From positions 7,688,001 to 7,752,000 of the forward strand of contig OZ281496.1 in the NCBI GenBank assembly GCA_965637545.1: a stretch of DNA of 64,000 bases, in the 5' to 3' direction. A program made the position numbers and the translations under genes. The first letter of the stretch is position 1. The number at the start of each line of letters is the position of its first letter. The notes beneath the pieces were generated by a model. It was not told the origin of the DNA and did not search any database. It saw only the letters and a list, made by a program, of their open reading frames with translations. Shown piece by piece: positions 46,947 through 56,900 of the stretch. The DNA comes from Phallusia mammillata (Eukaryota).

Positions 46947-47927
46947 TCAATTATCACAAGTATAACATCGATGTGGTTTCTTTTTAGTGTGGGTCAACAT
47001 GTGTCTTTTTAAATTGGAAATATCACTAAAGTTTTTTCCACAAACGTCACATCTATGAAGTTTCTCTTTGGTGTGGGTTAATATGTGCCTTTTTAAATTG
47101 GAAATTAACCCGAACTTTTTTTCACAAACATCACATCGATGAGGTTTCTTTTTAGTGTGAATCAACATGTGTGTTTTCAAATCTCCACAACGAGCAAACC
47201 TTTTTTCACAAACATAACATCGATGAGGTTTCTCTTTAGTATGGGTCAACATGTGTGTTTTCAAATATCCACCACGAGCAAACCTTTTTTCACAAACACC
47301 ACATCGATGAGATTTCTGTTTAGTGTGAGTCAACATGTGTGTTTTTAAATCTCCCCAACGAGAAAACCCTTTTTCACAAACATCACATCGATGAGACATC
47401 TTTTTAGTGTGAGTCAGCATGTGTGTTTTTAAATCTCCCATGCGAGCAAACCCTTTTTCACAAACAACACATCGATGCGGTTTCTGCTTAGTGTGAATCA
47501 CCATGTGTATTTGCAAATATCCACCTTGAGCAAACCTTTTTTCACAAACACCACATCGATGAGGTTTTTCTTTAGTGTGAGTCAACATGTGTCTTTTCAA
47601 ACTTCCACCATGAGCAAACCTTCTTTCACAAACATCACATCGAAGAGGTTTTTCTTCTGTGTGAGTAAACATGTGTCTTTTCAAGTTTCCACTACGAGCA
47701 AACCTTTTTTCACAAACATCGCATCGATGTGGTTTCTTTTCATTGTGAATCAACACGTGTTTTTTTACATCTCCACCACGAGTAAACCTTTTTTCACAAA
47801 CATCACATCGATGAGGTTTTTCATTGCTGTGTTTCAGCGTATGTCGTTTTACATTTTCACCTTCAATAAGTCTTTGACCACAAAGTTCACTTGCCTCTGA
47901 GTCCAAATCCAGACATGTCATCTTCAT
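46947..47927 (-). CDS. C2H2 zinc-finger protein, 10 fingers, 326 aa
   Basis: Ten intact units, a truncated 11th (HRCYTCDN*), and decayed fingers to ~46780. Confidence 0.9.
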   Translation of the reverse strand: MKMTCLDLDSEASELCGQRLIEGENVKRHTLKHSNEKPHRCDVCEKRFTRGGDVKKHVLIHNEKKPHRCDVCEKRFARSGNLKRHMFTHTEEKPLRCDVCERRFAHGGSLKRHMLTHTKEKPHRCGVCEKRFAQGGYLQIHMVIHTKQKPHRCVVCEKGFARMGDLKTHMLTHTKKMSHRCDVCEKGFSRWGDLKTHMLTHTKQKSHRCGVCEKRFARGGYLKTHMLTHTKEKPHRCYVCEKRFARCGDLKTHMLIHTKKKPHRCDVCEKKFGLISNLKRHILTHTKEKLHRCDVCGKNFSDISNLKRHMLTHTKKKPHRCYTCDN

Positions 47928-50900
47928 TCAAATTAGTTCTTCAGGTATTATAAAAATGTTTTGTCTTACTTGCTGCAACTAAGGTATTACCAAATTTGCC
48001 GCCCCTTCTGTTAAGAACAACGGAACATTATGTTTGAAATGGTTAGGTACAAGTTTGATTGAACAAACTTATTTCATCCTAGAACGCAATGCAAAAATAT
48101 TCTCACGTCATATCGCAAATTTAAAAAAGCGTAAGTGCTATGCTTACAAATATTACTTAGATGAATTATATTGGATCTCGAAACTCAACTAAACCCTTTT
48201 TTTGGACAAATTCGCAGGCACAACATACCTACTTATTGGCGCGGACTTAGAAAACAATCATCGGCCTTACAAACAGAAGAAACATTAATGCGATTACTAT
48301 CTGAAGTTGCAAATCACAATTCTAAACTTATGTTGCCGCTAACTGGCATAAACTGACTTCGCAATGCGGTAGTCAGCTGTGCAACAATTTCCTTTTCCAG
48401 CGTGTCCAATTACAAGACTCCCAAACAATGCAAAACCTATTGAGGGAATATCAAAATGGTTTGTCTAGGACTTCATAAAATGTTAGACTCAATGACACTA
48501 AAATATAGCACGAAATATCCAATCAAGTCAATCTAAAGAAGGCGTGTAATGTTGTTGAGAGGTAACAAACTTTTACAAAACCCATTTCATGAACCAAACT
48601 CAAATGTGAAATTAAAGTTCACCGATTCTACGTGTAGACCAAAGGGTTGGTAGTGCTGCAAAGTGTGACAAAGCGACTGTCAGATCCCTCTCAATTTTCG
48701 CGTACGGCTAGACTGGAAGTGTTTACATTTTGACTCATGCCGTGAGCCTATACATACCATATTTAGACCAAAGTGTTTGTGATACTCGGAAGTTAACATA
48801 AAATAAATTCCGTTGCAACCCACTACATTTTAATGCTTCTAGTTGTCCTTTCAAGTTCGAAGTAACTGCCAAAGGCATCATATATAACGTCACTAAATTT
48901 CAATCATAATCTTAGGTAAATGTAAATTACGTCCTTGAGATTATGATCTACTCCATTAGTTAAGGCTTTCTTAGTGCTAATTATAGCTTAAAATAAAAAC
49001 TGAAATTTAATATCAAGACATCAACTTTATCTAACTTGCTTAGGCAAAGAAGTATTTGCACCTTACAACGTTTACAAAACCAAACAAAGGCCTAACATTT
49101 ATGTAATAAAATTTGTGCAAAGCTTTTTTTCCACTGAACGCATAAGCTTACAGACATCAACTGGCTTCATAATGTGCAGTCAGCTGTGCAACAATTTCCT
49201 TTTGCAGCGTGTCCGATTACAAGCGTCAGTTATATTGGTCCAAAACTGGGTCAAACCAACTGTTGGAACATAATATTCCACTGGCGCTGCTAAAATCAAT
49301 ATGACTCCAGTGCTTCAGTACAGTGATATCAAATTATGGACGGTTTATTTTGTGACCCACCGGGCGACATCACCATCCTGTGCTTGCTGATTTATTATAC
49401 GTATACGTGTAAATATTCACGTAAATTTTGAATTAGCTTTAAGCCTTCTTACAATGTTATCGTGCTTGCAGATAAAAATCTCCGCCATGGTAGGCAGAAA
49501 TATTCAGTCAAAACAGAAAGTGCTACAAAAAAAAACGACCCAATATCCATTGCCTTTGTGTAGCATTATTATTATTATTGCGAATATGCTACATTAATGG
49601 CAAATGAAAGTTTGTTTTGATAAGCTCATGTAACGGTTAGGAGCACAACTTGTTTATTCAGCTGTTTCGTGTTTTGCTCTCTTCCATATTAAATTGAGCC
49701 AAAAATTCTGATTCGTGGGATTGTCAAAAAACTGTTTTTAACCCTCGTGTTGTGCATACATTATTATTTTACGTAAGAGTGACCTTAACTGCTTAATTAC
49801 TGCAAACTTACAGGAAATGTTTAAACACAACACAATAACTTTGTTAGTCAGATAATGTGTAACTACCCTCAGGTGCGTTACATTAAGGGAATTACACAGG
49901 TCTGTAAATATTTCTACATTCTACATATTAAAAGAAAGTTGCGTTTGGAAAAATACAGGCAAAACGGGTATTTTTAACATGTCCAAACATAAGCCTTTCA
50001 AACAGGACAAACGCATGCGATTAACTATAGTCTAACATGCTCTGACTTCGCAATGCGGCACGCAGCTGTGCAACAATTTCCTTTTCCAGTGTGTCTGATT
50101 CCAAGCGTCATTTATAAACTCACTAATCGGACACAGTCCACTGGCGCTACTAAATCAAAATGCTTTCTCCCGTGCTTCAATAAAAACTTATACGTATATA
50201 TATTTATGCGCGAGATTTGTGTGATTTGAACCTGAAGCAATATAACTCGCAATAGGCAATGTGACAAACAACCAAATACCTTTCGAACACAGGTGACAAA
50301 GTCACTTTTTCAAACAATAACCGGTCGCTTTGTTAAGCCCTAAAAGCGCGAGTGGACCGGAAATTATTTACAAGCGTTCGATTTTTGCAGACAGTTCACC
50401 AAACCAAGGTTCATAATATTTGCAATACGAAACTTCTTTATTTTCCTATTAATCTAAAGCCCTAAAATTACTTAAATTAAAGTTCCCTGGAATGTATACA
50501 ATCCAAATGTATATGGTGTATCATGGCCGACATGTGTGTGTACTGTTCGGCAAAAACAAGTTGTAATTTTTGTAAATCGTTTAATTAACAAAAATGCACA
50601 ATTAATCAACATATCCACAAACTTAGTAAATTGAAATATATTGCGATTTATTAACTAATTATTAGGGCAACGTTTTGTTGCACTAAAAACGTAAGAAAGT
50701 TGCACGTAATTTCAACAAAATGTACTAAAAACGTGAGAAAGTTGCACTTAATTTCAACAAAAGTTGCAGTAAAATGTTGCATTTATGCACAAGTTGCATT
50801 TATGCATACTTCTTGGAGTTAATGACTAGCGGGCCGCAGGCTGGACAATCCCTGACTTAGACCGTCATTTTAACAGATATCAAGGTTATCGCTTCATACT

Positions 50901-50979
50901 TTTTTAAATGAGTTAATTTGAAATGTACAATGATAACCACCAGCCATTAAAACTATTTACAGTTTTCAATTTATCGTAT

Positions 50980-53900
50980 TTATCGATAAAATATCATAAT
51001 TGTTGAATCCAAATCTCTCTGAGAATGAGCATAATCAACTTTTTGGACCGCGGTATTCGGCAATCCGTTCCAATCTGGGTTGAATCAAAATGTTACGTTC
51101 AAGGATAAAATGTTCAAGAGAACGAAAGGTAATTTACTTGTAAAATCATTGCAGTCATCCAAGTAGGGAGAATCTGGATTCTTCATTCCTCCAATACACA
51201 CAAATTCGCCTCGCCAATCATCCACTCTAAAAAAATCAGATTTTGTATCATTTAGGCACCAATGTGAGCCCCGTTACTTTTAACCGTTTACTACAGTTAA
51301 ATTGTATCTGTATTTTTGTACAGTTTGTTGTACCTGAACTGCGACTTACTTAACAGCAGGACACATGGCATAAACACTCCCAGTTCTTCCATAAGCGCGA
51401 AACTGAACAAAACCGGTCGGTAGAGGTTTTACACTTGGTGGCAGCTTCGAGTTAACCACTGAACCGTTTCCGATGGAAAATTGAACTGGTACTGAAAGTA
51501 CGTCATCATCATAAGTGCAGTCCGGACCTGCAACACCAAGGTTACTTAAACAAGAACGCAAGAATGTGAATGTGGTAAAGGTAATTGTAACATTTTTGTC
51601 GACTAAACAAATTAACTTGTCATTGATTGTTGCTAAAAATGTTTTACTTACAGAAGTTGTCAGATTCTGAAACAGTTTCCAATATTTTGTAGCTAACAGC
51701 GTTGATCACTGTTTTAGTGATCAAAGTAGCATTTTTTCTGTGGAGGAGAGTCAAAAGAACAAAAATATGACGATGTCTGTATTAGTAATATCACTTCACA
51801 TCCATCAGTGATCAACCGTATACCTTGAAACCATTGTGTAACCAAAAAGTGTGTTGGATACAGCTTCACGAATTCTCCATCCAAAACGATACGATCTTGA
51901 GGATATATAGTTGTATGGTTCTGTTAAAGGCGTTCCAAATGAGTTCCAATTCTGCTTGACAAACAACAAGCTAGTTGCGTTATTATGAATGTCGGTTGTC
52001 ATTACAGTGCCTAATTGATTAACATCATATTAATTAAACACATCACAAATGGTAAAATATTTCATGTAATGTTGTACGTCAACATCATTAGTCTATGTTT
52101 TGCCTAATTATATTAGTGAAAAAGCATAAAACAGTGTAACATGGCGAATCCAACGTACCTCAGTATTACTGACGTAAAACCAGACATCACACAAGCTGGC
52201 ATACAAACTTCCATTTCTACATTGTGCTTCATAATGCAAAAAGAAATTGTTGAGAGTGTGATTTCCCTTGTACAAAACTATTGAATCCGTACCTGGTCGA
52301 TCAGAGTATACCTGAACAGATCAAGCATAAAAAACTATTTGTCACAAATTATCTATACAACATCCCCTACCCAAAGTAACATGTTGTAAAAACAGCGATC
52401 AAAGTTTCCCACAGACAACAAGGCAAAGAAGGGATGCGTTTTTAGGCTCGATCTTTTCGTATTGCCGAGATCACATCTGTATTGTTTGGCAAAGAGTTAA
52501 ACTTGGCATGAAACCAGTTAAACTTGAAACCAAAACAATATTTGACTTACTTATAATCCAACTCATATTGTAAATAGCCGTTTTGACAGTTTGCTTGGTA
52601 TGATCTTGGATAGCAAGATTGGGTTGTGGAAAAGTAAATCTGTGTCAATTTTTTTATTTGTAAGTCCACAATAATACGGTCATGCAGATAACTTACCTGC
52701 ATTCCATAATAACTATACAAATTGCTATCACGCAAGTTGTCCGAATCAGTGCCATAGTCGTAAAAATAGAAGTCCGAAATTAGACTTGTGATTTCTGTGG
52801 ATTTTGCAGCAAGGCGACCCAACATTGAATTCACATCGGGGAAAAAAGCTAAAATAAGGAATGTCATTAGTAAATTAAACTAATCAGAACTGTAATCAAA
52901 CAAATCATCCATGCAAAGATCACTTTTAACCCTGTCCCGCCAACAATCTCATTCGCCGCCTATATTACCATTTTACTTACTCACATGTTTAATGTGCAGG
53001 CAAAAAATGAGAACTAAGAAGAAACTATCGCAAAAGTTAGGTATATTACCACTTCTTGGATTCAACGGATAATGATAATTGTAAATTGTATGCAAATTTC
53101 CTCCGTAATTTTTCATAAAACCGTTTTTCGTTTGATATTGCAGAAAACCCTTTTCCCTGCTGGCCTGCAGTGGTGTTTGGTTTGGAACATGACGTACCAT
53201 AATGTCTTCTCCCTAAAAGATTTTCTCCGTTTTACAAAAAAGTACGAATTTCACACCACATTAAATTTGCCTGATATTCATAATAAGCTTGGCTTTTAAA
53301 ATCTGATCTTGTGCATGTAGCGAATGTTCCAAAATAATTTCTGTTCATCCAATTTTGGTAATCTGGAATTAAAAAGCTTATAATAAGCTTTTGCCATTGA
53401 TGTAACGTTGTCAAACTAACTCATGTAATTCTGGTAATTGTTTGACATGGCAACAAACCACGATCCACCATAAGCTTCAGTCATATTGAAATTCCTGTCG
53501 TTAATTGTGGCCGCGAGAATCCATCCACCACCGGCAGCTTTCATGTCACAGTAAACCTGAAGTTAAAACCAACTGTGACCAACTTTTTCTATAGCTTTTA
53601 ACTGATTGAATTTTTATTAGTCTTGAAAGCTTAATTTAAAGTTATGGCGACCACTTTTGCATGTTTACATTCGTGTTTATCGAAACGTGCGTTATGCCGT
53701 TTTCTCGCTCTGACGTTGTTGCCTTACAAGCGCGTTTTTATTGTTAGGTGGTCTTATTGTACTGCTGTTGAATAAAGCATCCGCTTAAAGTAATGGATAA
53801 TTTTGTTTCAGCAAATGACTTTTGAAACGCAAACAAAACTTACACAAACGAAATATTATTTACCTCAAATGCCGTATGTGACGGTTGTATGACGTAGATT

Positions 53901-56900
53901 CCATCTTTAAATCCAGCGTCTCTCAGTTCAATACATGAACCGGCAGGATTGGGGAAAGTACCAAATGGTGGTTTTGTTGTCACTGATTCAGTTGTGTTAG
54001 TTGTTTGTTCAGTTGTGTGTGGTGCTAAAACTTTTCATGGATAATTTGTTTTCATTTTGCTTTATAAAAGGGCGATAATCCTAAAGACCAAGTTTATTCT
54101 TGCCATTTCTCTGGTTTAGTGTTTATTTATTAAGCATTTACCAGAAGTACATTAAGTACTTTTTTTCACGCTACCAACTATAAAATTTTCACAGATGAAA
54201 AAACAATTTGAAACTCTTACTTTCAGATGTTGCTTTTTCTCCGTTCTGAAACAAGACAAACAGAAACAACTTTAATAACCATAGTTACGAAGGCAGTTGT
54301 TTTTTTTCCTTCTGCTGAGTCACCTGACTTTTTGTGAAATTGATTATGCCGAAAATGAGTCCCAAAGCAGCCAGAATCACAACCACCAACACCAAGATTG
54401 TATTCAGATGGCACATCTCTCGCATATTCCAACATTTTTTAGGTGTTTCGTGACGTGATTGAGCACTTTTATTGTCTAAAAATATTGAACATATTGTAAA
54501 TGTGCAATTGCTACAGCTCTTCGGTTTCATATTGAGTTTTAAATTTATCTTAACTAATGGCAATTAACGTCGATCCACTCTTTCTCCGAACTTAGGTTAC
54601 AGAGCTTGAGACTTACTTCACAAGACTTATCTTTAAAAATCTTACTGTATGGTTGACTTTAACTCAAAATTAAAAAGCAACTAAAAATACTGGCGCCAGC
54701 TTGTTAAAAGGAATTTATTGAGAACTTACTAAAATTGTGAATAGTTTTATCTCTTGTTGTAGTTTCATTTTGCCGCAATCCTGTTACATTACGAGCATTT
54801 GATGATGATTCCTCGTATATGTTTGAGAATCCTTGTCGACTTTCTGTCGTAACAAAATTTGCTTTATTCCTAAATTAAACCATACCATATTAAATCATAC
54901 ATTAAAAGAGCGCTAAAGTTTGAAATACCTGGTTCTCTTTTGAGAGTTTGTTTCATCGCTTGTCCTTCTTTAATTCCGACCGTTTCGTATGTGTCTATGG
55001 GGCGCCGTTTGTAAAAATATCAATGACATTTCTAAAAAGCCTTTTTTGCCCAAATAATGAAGCCCTTTGTAAAAATATGCATGTGTAAAGAACCACGTCA
55101 TTTTGATTTAGCTATATCAGAATGGGAATGCCATTCCGATTTAGCTATATCAGAACGGGAATAACAGTTCCATTCCGATTTAGCTATATCAGAACGGGAA
55201 TGTCATTTTCATTTCGATTTAGTTAAATCAGAACGGGAATAACATTTCCGTTCCGTTTTAGCTATTTCAGAACGGGAATGCCATTCCGATTTAGCTAAAT
55301 CAGAAGAGGAATAAAATTTCCGTTCCGATTTAGCTAAATCAGAACGGGAATGCCATTCCGATTTAGCTAAATCAGAACGGGAATGCCATTCCGATTTAGC
55401 ACTGAACCATGACGAACTGAGTGATGGACCGGACCATAATAACCAACGGGGTGTAAGGACTTAAATTACATGCAACGTTTCGGGGTTTGTCTAATTCGCA
55501 ACCGGTCAGAAATCTGCTGTTAGTTGACAACTGTAACATATTATTTAATTGCAATCAATTAGGTTAGGAGAGGTAAATACAGTTAAACATTAGCAATGCA
55601 ATGAACGAACGGTGTGGATAATCTCGGTTCCAAAACCAGAAATATGGAACGTGGACGTCGTAGAGGCGGACCTGCATGTGTTTTATTATGGTTAGTTTGG
55701 TAACATCCATGCAAGAGCATTTTTTTATTTTCTTTATTCTACTTCAAGGGAAGGCCAAAAAAGCAAGTTCCGATGGACAGGTTGTTGGAACTTTTGCAAC
55801 TTAAAGTCTCAATTACAAAAATTGCAAAAATCTTGGAAATTTCCCGACCAACCCTAAAAAGGGTTATGAGAGAAAACGATGTGGATATTAATCAGTACAG
55901 GTATATCATGAACTTTGTTTTGGTTCTAAATGAGTATACTGTATCTGATCAATGTGTATACACAGGTTCAAAAAGTACATTTTCTCAAGGTCGGGTATTT
56001 ATTTTGCAGTTCGTTGACCAATAATGAGTTGGATGATGTAGTCCGCAACATAAAACAAAACCACCCAGCAGCTGGAGAGGCAATGATGAAGGGTCATCTT
56101 CAATCACAGGGTATACGTATCCAAAGAAAAAGATTGCGTCAGAGTCTTCACCGAGTTGATGGCGAGGGGATCCATGCAAGACAGCTGACTACAATAAGCA
56201 GAAGGACCTACACTGTTCCGTGTCCTAATTATATTTGGCACATAGATGGAACACATAAGCTCATAAGATGGAAATTTGTCATACATGCAGCTATGGATGG
56301 CTTTAGTCGTCTCATTACATTCTGCCACTGTTCAACCAATAACAGATCATCTGTAGTGTTAAAATTGTTTAAGGAAGCTGAAGCAAAATATGGTTTACCA
56401 TTACATGTTCGATCCGACTATGGAGGAGAAAATGTGCAAGTGTGGAATTACATGCTAGAAAAGCATCAGAACTATCATGCAGTTATTACTGGAAGCTCTG
56501 TCCATAACCAGCGCATTGAAAGGTTCAACCGTGATATAAACACACAAGTTGTAAATAAATTTTACAATGACTTTTTCTTTCTTGAAGAAAGTAATTTGCT
56601 TGACCCAACAAATGATACAGATTTGTTTTGTTTACATTTTGTGTTTTGCCACATCATTAATAAGCGAATCCAGGAGTTTGTTAATGCTTGGAACAAGCAC
56701 AGTCTTTCCACTGAAAAAAATTGCACTCCTGAACAGTTGTTTCATCTTAACTTACATTTACTTCAACTGCAAACTTTAAACGATACTGGTAAAATAGATA
56801 GTGAGGATATTGTATGCCCAGGTACAAGTTCTGTTGAAGTAGACGCTATTCCCCATTTACCACATGAATGTGTGAGTGAGCTACAGGACCTATTGCAGCA

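Larger units (their letters stand above)
11690..50110 (-). promoter_or_regulatory. Ten dispersed copies of a ~55-nt module, putative ZNF promoter or non-coding first exon
   Basis: gcagtcagctgtgcaacaatttccttttccagcgtgtccgattacaagcg at ~11690, 15165, 30815, 35165, 35815, 36360, 41390, 48370, 49175 and 50060. All have the same orientation and mostly lie ~0.2-0.9 kb upstream of ZNF coding exons. The function is an inference. Confidence 0.5.

Noticed and set aside
50980-54475. Calling the lectin a v-Themis or other known allorecognition gene
   Set aside because: The motifs are intelectin-specific (HVPN, FVQFR, CIGG, FYR end), and no PKD-like partner gene is seen.
55100-55400. CRISPR array (also 60720-61070 and the 84-bp ZNF repeats)
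   Set aside because: No unique spacers and no cas genes in a eukaryotic context; these are transposon subterminal repeats and finger-coding repeats.
55930-56009. N-terminus MSILYLINVY... of the 355-aa ORF
   Set aside because: It is intron 55901-56009; splicing joins the HTH exon in frame.
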